Shown in pieces: positions 34,976-47,015 of a DNA stretch of 64,000 nt. Below the pieces are notes generated by a model. The model saw nothing but the letters and a program-made list of their open reading frames with translations, searched no databases and had not been told where the DNA came from. The stretch is from Octopus sinensis (lineage: Eukaryota), in the NCBI RefSeq assembly GCF_006345805.1, contig NC_043002.1, positions 73,656,001 through 73,720,000 on the forward strand, read 5' to 3'. A program made the translations under genes and the position numbers. The stretch's first letter is position 1; the number at the start of each line of letters is the position of its first letter.

Positions 34976-37900
34976 CAATGGAGTGTTAGGTAACAAACCG
35001 ATTTTATAATTTTACGCTCATCAGAGTTATTCAATATGGAAGAGAATATGGTGACTTCTCTCTATAGTTATATAATCAGTTTGTTGCCTAACACTCCATT
35101 GTATTCTTTACGCGAAACCGATTGGTAAGACCAGCTGTGATGGATATTTAATAGTATACATTTCGGATAATGTGCTCGCTCTACTGACTGATATATGAGT
35201 GCATCCTTTCCCTGACTTATGTTCTCTTAGACGATTCACGTACGTATGTACGTATGTATGTATGTATGTTAGATTGCATTATCACAATATTTGTACGAGC
35301 TTGATATCTATAAGGAGAATAATTCAGATAATTTCACATCTCTATATGGAATCATTTTGGTTCGAACAGCCAATACTTTAGCGTGTATGAAAGTGATTTA
35401 TTATTTCAAATATCACAAAATACAATATGCACTAATATTCTTAATAATACAGAGATCTGAGACAGCATTTTTCTTTCCTTTTCTGTTTTAGTACATTCAG
35501 TGTTGAAATTCTTTTTCAAAACATCCTTGACGTTGTTTAGATACTTGTTTGATTGATATCCTACCATCAACAATATTCATGAATTAAATAAACGAACCTA
35601 AGCAAAACATGACTTCTTTTCATTGTTTATGCAATTTTTAAAAACTATTTTCATAACGAATAACTTTTTTGACAGCTAATATTTAGCAGAATAAGTGAAA
35701 TAAACTCAACAGAATCTGTTGTTTAGATTTTAGTCGAAATTCAGCAAAACTCCACCTATCCCCCTCTTGCTTTTACAAACTCAAACACTTTCAAATGAAC
35801 CAAATAGATACTACAACAAACTATTCAATAATTGTATTAACTCAATCGATGCAGTCTGGCCGAACGGTAAAGAAGTTTACTTCGCAACAACGAGATCCCG
35901 GCTTCGATCAAACTGCGTGGCATATTGGGAAAGATGTTTTGTATAGCATTGGTTTATCGTCGGTCAAGAGGATTGCACCAGTAATTCAAAAGGTACGGTG
36001 CAGTCTTGTCATACCCTGTGCCATACTGATTCTACTTGGGAATTATGCTAAGACACAAGTCACTGGGGTGATGAGCCACTTACACATTAATTCAGAAGCT
36101 GGTAATTCAGTTGATCGAACACGTGAATCCTCACTGTCGAACGACGGAGAGACATTAAAGGGTGTTTTAAAGTATTCAGTGCATCTGGCTCATGGTGCGT
36201 ATGAATGGGGTATGTATGTGGAAAGTGATCAATTGGTATTTATTTTATCGACTCCTAAAGGATGAAAGAAAGGCAAAGTCTGACCTCGACAGAATTTGAA
36301 CTCAGAACGTAATGAAATGCCGCTAAGCATTTAGTCCGGCGTGCTAACAATTCTGCCAGCTCACCACCTTCCTACACTCTTACTTTAACAAATTAAAAAT
36401 AGTTTTAAAACATATTGCCTCAGAAATGTCATATCAAACGGTGTACTACTTACAACTTCATGTATCAAGGTTGAAAACTGCATTACAGTTAACTTCACTA
36501 ATAACGGCACCCTTGTAGATTTGAGATGACGTTACTGTGAATTGTGCAGACATGGACGTGTAGTTAAAAAGTTTGGTACGCAACGACGTGATTCCGTGTG
36601 TAGCGGTGTGGTGTAGTGTGGTATGTTTGCGTGCGCGCCTGTGTCTATGTGTAAGTATGTGTGTATGCGTGTGTATGTGTATATCTGTGTTTATGTTAAC
36701 ACCTGTAAAGAAACGGCGTTACGTTGCATTGTTTCATGTTCCGTAACTTGGCGATATGAAAAATATTTATCAACAAAATAAATGCTGAAGTCAATATAAT
36801 AATCAATTTAAAAACCATTGGAAGCGGTGTCTCAGCAAGGCAACAGTACAATGACCTAAAACTAGTATAAGAATATTGATTTATAGCTTCTTTTTATTGA
36901 TTTGAACTTAGAACGTAGGGATGTGGAACTAAGCTCCATAAAACATCTTTTACTCTCTCATTGCCGCTCTTTTATATTAAAGTCGCCACTATGGAAATGA
37001 ATCAACAGTAATTCATTGATTCCAAAAGTTTTGTCGAATGAAGGCATGGGTGTGTGATTAAGAAACAACCTTTGCTGCAAGACTTCCGCCCACCCCACAC
37101 CAAACCACCCTTTTTAAAACATTTTTTTTTCAACACAAACCTCCACCCTTTTCGGCTACGGGGAATACGAATCTGCAAAAAAAAATTGGCAAAAATCGAC
37201 ATTTCTAAATTACCACCCACCCCCATTCATTTCATTTAAAACTTTTTTCAGAATTTTTTTCTCTCAAAATATGCGGAAAAATACGGAGACTATGATTCTG
37301 AAAAAAATTTCCAAAAATCTTTATAAATTTTTTTTTTAAGAATTTTTTTCTTTTCTAAATATGCGGAAAAATACAGTCATCAATATTCGGACAAAAATTT
37401 CAAAACATTTCTGTACTTACGGTTACAGTTTTAGGGTTAGTGTTGCGGAAAAAAGTCAAAATTGAAGAAGTTGGAGGGGAAAGGTGGGGGGCGGTTCACA
37501 ATGCCGATTTTTGGCAATTTTCCGGAACCACCGTATCCGAAAACAGGGATTTTTGGCAAAAGAAAATTTTAAAAAAACAAATTTGGGAGAAAATGGGGGG
37601 AGGGGGCGGACGGGCGGAAGTCTTTCCAACTTTGCAGCCACGTGGTCTCAGGTTCAGTCCCACTACGCATCACCTCAGGCGAGTGTCTTCAACTATAACC
37701 CCAGGCTGACCAATTGCCTTGTGAATGAACTTGATAGACGGAAACTGTGTGGAAGCGTTGTATATATATATGACATCATTTCCCAAACTGAAAAATTTTG
37801 CCTTTACCAGCAATATTTTATTTTTTCTCTCCTTACCCACAAGCAAATCAGAACTCGGTTCTTTTATTTTATGAAAATAATATTGTAGAATCCGAGGATG

Positions 37901-38759
37901 GTTTATATTGTCTTCAAATAGTCTTCTTTTCTATTATAATTCCATTCACATCTAAAATGTATTATAGGAACATAAAACGACTAGAGAACAGGAGTGATAT
38001 TTATTTTATCGATTCCCAGAAGGATAAAAAGCAAAGTTGACCTCAGTGGATTTTGAACTCAGAGTACAAAAGAGCTGTAACTAAAAACCAGCAGGCATTT
38101 TGTCTGTTGTACAAACGATTCTACCAATCCACCACCAAAGAGTTCAAAAGTGGAATAAATTGAAATCTTTTCATAAAAGATTTTCCACATGTTGCTTATT
38201 GAAGAATTCTCAGATGTTTGTTTAGAAACGAAGCTGAGACTTGTGCACACCGAATGGAAACTAACAAAGACATCTATAGACGTAAATAAGTAATCAATAA
38301 GAAAAAAAAAATTCAATATACAAAAGCTAAGAACATTTGTACTTCTATGTATGTATGAGCGTGTGTAGGTGTGTATATGTATACGTATATGTTTGGCTTC
38401 TATTTTCTTTTCCTTTCTTTTCTCTCTCGTGAGTGGGAGCTAACCCTTATGTTATCCATATCTACGACGATCGTTACATTTACTAAGAAGCCAAGTTAGT
38501 GTTCTAGGTTTATATCTCTTACGTCGGTTAGAGCACGTAATGATATAAGAAGAGACATTCAACTGTCTATTCAACGAAAGTTCAGATAATTTAAAGAAAC
38601 TGGTGCCAAAGGTAATTTTCTTTCTTTATTTCTTTAATTTGTTTTAGCCATCATGGCTCCAGTCATACTGGAGCACTGGCTCATTATATATGTGCGTGTA
38701 TATGTATATGGGGGGGGGGTAAGTTTGTATATGTATGTGAGTATGTATATATATCTATA

Positions 38760-39120
38760 TGCATGGTGGAGGCGAAATGGCCTAGTAGTTAGGGCAGCGG
38801 ACTCGCGGTTTCGATTCCCAGACTGCGCGTTGTGAGTGTTTATTGAGCGAAAACACCTAAAAATTCCACGAGGTACCGGCAGGAGATGGTGGCGAACCCT
38901 GCTGTACTCTTTCACCACAACTTTCTCTCACTCTTTCTTCCTGTTTCTGTTGTACCTGTATTTCAAAGGGCCAACCTTGTCACACTGAATCTCCCTGAGA
39001 ACTACGTTAAGGGTCCACGTGTCTGCGGAGTGCTCAGCCACTTGCACGTTAATTTCACGAGCAGGCTGTTCCGTTGATCGGATCAACTGGAACCCTCGTC
39101 GTCGTAACCGATGGAATGCC
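38760..39120 (+). mobile_element. tRNA-derived SINE family C, full length
   Basis: A-box-like tggcctagtagttagg, B-box-like ggtttcgattcc, 3' end ..ggaaccctcgtcgtcgtaaccga. Confidence 0.75.
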
Positions 39121-39159
39121 ACGAATCTATATGCATACATACATAGAAAAATGTGCATG

Positions 39160-39183
<24 letters not shown>

Positions 39184-39191
<8 letters not shown>

Positions 39192-39785
39192 CACACACTT
39201 TATATTGCTCCAGCTTTTTCGGAATTTAGTAAGTAAAAATTTACAAAATTACAAATTCTCAGCCATTAAAATTTGTTTTGAAAATTGGATATTCCCCCGC
39301 TTTGAATAGACATTTCCAAAACATGAGAAAACAAAGGAATTACTGTTGTTACTAATATAGGTACGAGCGCAATGCAGGTACGGGAGTCAATGGTAAATTT
39401 ATCTTGGAAGTAAATTAACACCTGGCTGTGATTGATCTTGTTAGAATCCAGCTAAAAACGGCATGCAATAAATGAACTTAATATTTATTGCACAAGTACG
39501 CAATATATATATAATCTCTGCGTGTTTGTGTCTGTCCCCAACCAACGCTTGACAACCGGTATTGATGCGTTTACGACCCCGTAACTGGTGGTTCGGCAAA
39601 AAAGACCGATAGAATAAGTACCAAACTTTTAAAAAATAAGTACTGGCGTTGTTCCGTTCAACTAAAAATCCTTCAAGGTGGTGCTTCGGCAAATGAATTA
39701 AGGATAAGACTGTGCATTGTCCGTTTAATTGAACATTTTAAAACTGATGTAATAGCCGCAGCCTAATAACTGAAACAAATAAAAG

Positions 39786-39870
<85 letters not shown>

Positions 39871-40701
39871 ATACTTTATTTATAAAGGAGCAAAGGTTAT
39901 CTAACCTTATTTTTGTTTCATTCTCAACCAGAACTGCTTGACGAACGGGAACGTGAAAGTGAGAAACAATTTTTGTGATGTCTTCGCAGCTTTATTGATA
40001 AACCATATTACTCTACCTCCCGTATTCGAGTACTATTTTTCCCACCTTGTTTCACATTTATGTGCTTACTCTGGTATATATATTATATATATATATATAC
40101 ACACACGCACACACTTTATATTGCTCCAGCTTTTTCGGAATTTAGTAAGTAAAAATTTACAAAATTACAAATTCTCAGCCATTAAAATTTGTTTTGAAAA
40201 TTGGATATTCCCCCGCTTTGAATAGACATTTCCAAAACATGAGAAAACAAAGGAATTACTGTTGTTACTAATATAGGTACGAGCGCAATGCAGGTACGGG
40301 AGTCAATGGTAAATTTATCTTGGAAGTAAATTAACACCTGGCTGTGATTGATCTTGTTAGAATCCAGCTAAAAACGGCATGCAATAAATGAACTTAATAT
40401 TTATTGCACAAGTACGCAATATATATATAATCTCTGCGTGTTTGTGTCTGTCCCCAACCAACGCTTGACAACCGGTATTGATGCGTTTACGACCCCGTAA
40501 CTGGTGGTTCGGCAAAAAAGACCGATAGAATAAGTACCAAACTTTTAAAAAATAAGTACTGGCGTTGTTCCGTTCAACTAAAAATCCTTCAAGGTGGTGC
40601 TTCGGCAAATGAATTAAGGATAAGACTGTGCATTGTCCGTTTAATTGAACATTTTAAAACTGATGTAATAGCCGCAGCCTAATAACTGAAACAAATAAAA
40701 G

Positions 40702-40767
<66 letters not shown>

Positions 40768-40980
40768 GTATGTATATACTTTATTTATAAAGGAGCAAAG
40801 GTTATCTAACCTTATTTTTGTTTCATTCTCAACCAGAACTGCTTGACGAACGGGAACGTGAAAGTGAGAAACAATTTTTGTGATGTCTTCGCAGCTTTAT
40901 TGATAAACCATATTACTCTACCTCCCGTATTCGAGTACTATTTTTCCCACCTTGTTTCACATTTATGTGCTTACTCTGGT
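39184..40980. repeat. Near-identical tandem duplication, ~0.9-kb unit (39184-40075 / 40100-40980)
   Basis: The two units match by eye except for microsatellite length. Duplicated ORFs 39441..39692 and 40357..40608 are identical. Confidence 0.95.
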
Positions 40981-40996
40981 ATATATATATATATAT

Positions 40997-41037
<41 letters not shown>

Positions 41038-41064
41038 ACCTTTTATTTGTATATATACATATAT

Positions 41065-41360
41065 ATTCTTTTAGTTGTTTTAGTCGACTGCAGCCATGAT
41101 GGAGTACCGCCTTTAGTTGAGCAAATTGACGCCAGGACTTATTCTTTGTACTGACCTCTTTTGCCGAACCGCTAAGTTACGGGCACGTAAACACACACAC
41201 ACACACATACGATGGGCTTATTTTCAGTTTCCGTCTTCCAAATCCACTCACAAGGCTTTGGTCGGCCCGAGGCTATAGTAGAAGAGACTTGCCCAAGGTG
41301 TCACTGAACCCGGAACTATGAGGTTAGTAAGCAAGCTACTTACCACACAGCCACGCCTAT
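41065..41360 (-). mobile_element. SINE family B, compact copy
   Basis: Tail, (CA)n core and head are all present in reverse complement. Confidence 0.8.
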
Positions 41361-41403
41361 ATATATATATAAAGTTAATCCAAACAAGATATATGTATGT
41401 ATG

Positions 41404-41678
41404 TATAATCAAAATAAGCAACAAGGATGACCAAGGTAGAGTAGTACAATTGTTTCTAAACGGACAATGCACATTCTTAATGATGAAATTAACCTCTCTG
41501 TCTAAATATCTACCCTCTTTGTAATGTTGGCAAATGAATTAAGGATAAGAATGTGCATTGTCCGTTTAATTGGACATTTTAAAACTGATGTAATACTTAC
41601 AGTGTTTAATAAAATGAAGTAGCATGAAACAATTGTACTACTCTACCTTGGACATCATTGTTGCTTATTTTGATTATA
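41404..41678. mobile_element. MITE with ~50-bp TIRs
   Basis: tataatcaaaataagcaacaaggatgaccaaggtagagtagtacaattgtttc / gaaacaattgtactactctaccttggacatcattgttgcttattttgattata. Confidence 0.8.
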
Positions 41679-41789
41679 ATCACCCCATTTGATTTATATG
41701 GATAATACCATACAAAATTCTGGTGCCTTTAACTTAAGTACCATATTCATCTGAATCTAAATATATGTATGTATATATATACAAATTGA

Positions 41790-42310
41790 GATGGGGGTTG
41801 TAAATGCAACCCTCCATGGGATAACATATATCCAATATACTGCTAGTGAAGTACCCAACAAAGTTAATACATAAATGTTAAGAATTGTGATGCAATTAAT
41901 TCATTTACTGTATTATAAGGGCAAAGGTAAAATGTTTTACCACAAATTCATAATACAAAATAAGAAAATGGAGAAATACATCGAAATCAAATATCAATTA
42001 CCAGATAATACTCAATCACATACTTTATTAAACCACCACATAAGAAACTATAAGGTTAAACATAATAATGTAGGGCAAAACAGTGTACATAAAAGAGTAA
42101 TGTTATACAATGAGTAGAATATGTATAAGAGAAAATAAATATAAGTACACATAAATATAAATATAGACTACATCTTACAGCTGTTTCGGCCATGTAGATA
42201 AGTATGTCTCATTTTACTTATATTAGCCATTTATGGTAGGTCAATATGTAGTTATAAATGAGACATTTACAAAAATATCCTAAGGCCTCTTCGGAGATTA
42301 TGTGATACAA
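41790..42310 (-). mobile_element. Probable Penelope-like terminal repeat (pLTR) carrying a hammerhead-like motif
   Basis: Shares ~340 bp with the 17.6-18.1 kb palindrome and has a hammerhead-like core at 42172-42298. Confidence 0.5.
42172..42298 (-). ncRNA. Minimal type I hammerhead-like motif (U4C core change)
   Basis: Minus strand: AUCU-CCGAAGA-GGCC..[hairpin loop]..GGCC-GAAA-CAGCUG-UA-AGAU. Stem I is AUCU/AGAU, and stem III is a palindrome. Confidence 0.55.
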
Positions 42311-43914
42311 ATCAGATTACATACATACTTATATAGGTGTGGGTACATACCCATAATAAGACATATACATATATATATGAATGCATATACTCATACTCCT
42401 ATACATATAAATATACATATACATAATGATATAAATAATATAAATTGATAAACATACATATGTTCCACATTCAATGTTACAGTTTTTCAACTTAATATTG
42501 TGATAATTACAATGTAGAAAAACATACACATATTAATACCTAAATGCAGATATACAGAGTCAAGGGTACATTATATTAATTCTTATTAATTTCCAAAATG
42601 TCCTTAATGTTAGCATCATTATCATTGTCATTACCACTAATGCTACCAATATCATCATTCATATTATTATTAATAACGCTAATACTAGAAAAACAATACG
42701 TAGATTCCATTATTAGCAATATAGTCAAAATAGTACTACAATACCATGCATATCCGCATATACATACGAAATATGAAGTACCAGCATTCTGTTTACACTA
42801 TATATATTCGTTTTTGTTTTGCTTCTTTTTTATTTTCTGCTCAAAGGCCCACAACAACATAAAAAAACTAAAACACGATCCTAGAAAAAGCCAGTACCTG
42901 CATAATATATATAACATCATCCAATTTTCACGTTAAATTCTTTCGTTCCTTCTGCTTGCAGATGCCATTTCTGACATCGTCGACGTATAAACAACTTCTC
43001 GCCTTCATACAAATAAAAAAAAAAGACAAACGGATGAAATATATTTGTACAGCTTTGAGGAAGAATGAAAATAAATCAATAGGAAAATGCTTGTAGTATT
43101 GGTTCTATTAAACCTCGTCATATTACCTTTAATTTTTTATGTTGTACTAAGCTTGCTTTTGGATACACTTTTAGCTACAACCTCACTGTTAGTGTTCTTA
43201 GGTATGATAGCAGCAAATATTGTAATGATCCAATCTTCGAACTATATCTACAAACTAATCATTAGGATAGTATATTACATTGTAGCATTTATTTTCCTTG
43301 AATAAAACTTGTTTATGTTATCTTTTAGATGTGTTGTTGTTGTTGTTGCTGTTGTTACAGAATATCTTGGTGATATTTAGTTAAGGCTCTTTCATATTCT
43401 GGGTTCAAATTAGCTTCACATTTATCCTTCTGGAGTTGATGAAAATAAAGGATTAACATGCAGTCTAGTCATAAAAAAGTGAAAGTAAATTGCAACAGAA
43501 ACTGGAAATAACGTCATTGACATACCAAAATTTAATACAAAAAACATAAAACACTCCCTCATTAAACCACGTCTACCTTTATGTATACCAAACTCTATTG
43601 ATAGGTTAAGTATTTCGGAAGGAGCAGCTGAGATACACTATTCCAATGTATTCTGTCCAGTAATGAACATCATTGAAAAGTGTGACTATCTTTATCTTAT
43701 ACAAAATATTTGCATGGTATTCATATTATCTATAACAATAAATGTGAAATTCTGTCTGTCCGGGACCCCTGACTCTCAGTCTACATTTGCTCTACATAGA
43801 CATATAATACCTTTTGGGAATCAGGATGACCCCGGGATTGAAAATATGCACTTCATTTGGAGTGCGGCTTTTAAGCTAGTATTAAATATATGTATATTCT
43901 ATACTCTTTACACT

Positions 43915-44535
43915 TTTACTATTTTACTTGTTTCAGTCATTTGACTGCAGCCATGCTGGAGCACCGCCTTTAGTCAAGCATTTCTACCCTAAGACTTATT
44001 CTTTGTAACCCTAGTACTTATCCTATTGGTCTCTTTTGCCAAACCACTAAGTTACGGTGACGTAAACACACCAGCATCGGTTGTCAAGCGATGTTGGGGG
44101 GGGACAAAAACACACACACACATATATATATACTTCTGTTCAGTTTCTTATTTCTTTACTGCCCACAAGGTACTCACACAGAGGGGACAAACAAGGACAG
44201 ACAAACGGATTAAGTCGATTATATCGACCCCAGCGCGTAACTGGTACTTATTTAATCGACCCCGAAAGGATGAAAGGCAAAGTCGACTTCGGCAGATTTT
44301 GAACTCAGAACGTAACGGCAGACGAAATACCGTAAAGCATTTCGCCCGGCGTGCTAACATTTCTGCTAGCTTGCCGCCTTCTTTTCAGTTTCTGTCTACC
44401 AAATCCACTAACAAGGCTTTGGTCAGCCCGAGGCTATAGAAGAAGACACTTACCCAAGGTGCCATGCAGTGGGACTGAACCCGGAACCATGTGGTTGGTA
44501 AGCAAGCTACTTATCACACAGCCACTCCTGCGCCT
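43915..44535 (-). mobile_element. SINE family B with a SINE family A (44135-44375) inserted in its core
   Basis: The order is B tail, A body, B head, all on the minus strand. Confidence 0.8.
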
Positions 44536-45315
44536 ATACATTGGTTATGCTACAAACATTGTTTACAGGAAATTATAGGATGTCAGTGTCGTCATTTACA
44601 GTTTCTATCGCAATTTTTTAGGACAACTTCGTCCATCCAGGGTCGACAAAAATAAAGTGCCAATCAAATACTGAGGCCATTGGTGTCGACAAACCCCCTC
44701 TTGCAACTTTCAGAATTTCAAGCCTTGTATCTATGCTACAAACAGTTAAGAGAGATGGTATAGCAAAATCGTTAGGCAGTCGGGTAAAATGCCTTGCAGT
44801 ATTTGTTCCAGTTCTTTACGTTCTGAGTTCAAATTCCATCAAGGTCGACTTTGCTTTTATTCCTTCCGGAGGGGAAAGCGATAAAATTAAGTATCAATTG
44901 AGTACTGAGGTAAATGGTAGCAAATAAATTCCTCCTCTCAAAATTGCTGGTCTTGTTCCTAAGTTGGAAATCACTATCATCTTTATCACCACGAAATCAT
45001 TGGAGCAAGAGAAACGGTAGAATGCCAGGCTAAATACGTTTTAGTATTTACAGAATCCCTTCATAATTTCATCCAAGTCTTGTCGGGAGTCGACATTTGA
45101 GAGCAAAATATATCAACGAGCTGAGACTGGCCTTGTGATCAAGTCATAAATCAATAAATAGACTATTATCCTGTGTAAGAAAATCAAATAAAGAGTAAAA
45201 TAATACCAATATTATACTGAATGTTAATTCACCAGACTGCAGCCTACTCCAACGTAAACAGTTCTCTTCTTAATGCCAATGAGATAAGCAAATCCACATT
45301 TTTATTACTCTATAC

Positions 45316-45507
45316 CAGTGTTCCATAACCATTTTTTTTTTTCATGTGCGGCACACTTAAGCTCTTTTCAAAATTTGGCGGCACACCTGAACTAAAAATA
45401 TAACTAAAAGTATATGGAAAAAAATTATATTCAGGTTACACTGTGGCACACATAGCATCGTCTCGTGGCACACCAGTGTGCCGCGACATAATAGTTGCGG
45501 AGCACTG
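45316..45507. mobile_element. hAT MITE
   Basis: TIRs CAGTGTTCC / GGAGCACTG. The 8-bp TSD ctctatac / atctatac matches at 7 of 8 positions. Internal gcggcacac repeats. Confidence 0.8.
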
Positions 45508-45636
45508 ATCTATACAAGTTCTTATATTATATTTGGCTTGTATTATATTTGAAACCATGACATTTCAATCCATTTAGATTATTCAAGTTTTAGGACAATG
45601 CATGAACTTAACAAATTCTAAGATATAATTTATATT

Positions 45637-46130
45637 CATCTTATCTCATCTTCTTTGCCCACTCATTCTTGGGAGGGTCGTGGGGGCAGAGTCATCAAGC
45701 ATGCCTTCCATCAGGTCTTATCAGAAGCAACTGTCTCCAGTTAATCTGTCTGGATCCCCAAGCAAGATCAACCGAACTCATGAATGTTATCCAACCATCT
45801 TGCTCGTTGTCAATCTCTAGGTTCCCTGCCAGTTAGTTTTGCCTGTAAAACATGTCAGTGATTCTTTCATGAGATATTCTTAGCACATGTTTGTAGTATC
45901 GGAGATGTGGTCTCTCAATTCAGAAAAGTAGCGGTTCAACCTGGAGCGCTTCTCTGGTCACCCAGCTACACATTCTATTGAGTAATGTACTCCAAAAACC
46001 CTTCAGAAGAACCCCATCTCGGCTGCTTGTATTTGCAATTGTACTCTTTCGGTCACTACCTAAGATTTATGGCCATAGCTAAGGATAGGCACAAACACCG
46101 AAGTGAAGATATGAGCTTAGCTTTTACACC
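45637..46130 (-). mobile_element. RTE LINE 3' end (degenerate ORF2 C-terminus and tail)
   Basis: KAKL..IFTSVFVPILSYGH..VTERVQLQIQAAEMGF..REALQVEPLL..IER..LRY. Confidence 0.85.
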
Positions 46131-46139
46131 TACCAGCCA

Positions 46140-46589
46140 TCTTCTGAAGCTAGATGTGGGACTTGTCATGGAAGGTACTGCAGGAGTATGGGATCTTGTC
46201 TTAAAATCCGCATACAAATACCCTAGTATGGATAAATGGTGCCAAGCTGAAACCATTCAATGTGGGTGTCGGACACCACCAAAGGTGCGCACTATCACCT
46301 CTCCTTTTCTTAATTTTTATGAACAATATTGACATGCGCAGCCAGGTTGAAAATGATATCGAGACTGGTGGGTGTAGGAACAGTCGGCTGGAATTCGCAG
46401 ACAACATAGTTCTACTCAACTTGTCAGAAGATGTTTTTGACATGCATTTGATAGGTTTGCTGCCAAGTGCTGCTCAGCAAGAATGAAAATCAGTGCTACT
46501 CGTCCTCTCAAAGAGGCTTGTGCAATGCCAACTGCATTCCACCAAATCAGGTGAAGTTTAAGTATCTAGGGGCCGTTTTCACGGGTGAT
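46140..46589 (+). mobile_element. RTE LINE RT core fragment, inverted relative to the adjacent 3' piece
   Basis: WKVLQEYG..INGAKLKPFNVGVG..QRCALSPLLFLIFM..LEFADNIVLL..FKYLGAVFTGD. Confidence 0.85.
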
Positions 46590-46644
46590 CATTCATATTG
46601 ATTTAGGCAAAATGCTTAACGGTATTTCGTCTGTCTACATTTAA

Positions 46645-47015
46645 GGCGTAGGAGTGGCTGTGTGGTAAGTAGCTTGCTTACGAACCACATGGTTCCAGGT
46701 TCAGTCCCACTGCATGGCACCAAAGCCTTGTGAGTGGATTTGGTAGATGGAAACTTAAAGAAGCCCGTCATATACATGTATATATATATGTGTGCGTGTA
46801 TGTTTGTGTGTCTGTGTTTGTCCCCCCAAAATCGCTTGACAACCGATGCTTGTGTATTTACGTCCCCGTAACTTAGCAGTTCAGCAAAAGAGACTGATAG
46901 AATAAGTACTGGGTTTACAAAGATTAAGTCCTGGGGTCAATTTGCTCGACTAAAGGCGGTGCTCTAGCATGGCCACAATCAAATGACTGAAACAAGTAAA
47001 AGAGTAAAAGAGAGT
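46645..47015 (+). mobile_element. SINE family B, full-length reference copy
   Basis: tRNA-like head (gtggctgtgtggtaag / ggttcagtccc), TA/TG core, LINE-like tail ggcggtgctc..ggcc..tgactgaaac and (gtaaaaga)n. Confidence 0.9.

Noticed and set aside
35795-36265. 156-aa ORF, the longest non-repeat-looking ORF downstream of VPS16
   Set aside because: It spans a degenerate SINE head and ends in a SINE A fragment, with no recognisable domain.
37432-37441. TTAGGGTTAG telomere-like motif
   Set aside because: Fewer than two full units; not an interstitial telomeric array.
42598-43305. Hydrophobic ORFs (112 and 72 aa) and an acceptor-like cttgcag at ~42955-42961
   Set aside because: Composition follows from (ATC/ATT)-rich low complexity. 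I found no matching donor or homology, so a second gene is unsupported, although RNA-seq could overturn this.
46645-46720. tRNA gene candidates (A/B-box motifs in many places)
   Set aside because: They are SINE heads without a complete cloverleaf, and each continues into the SINE body.
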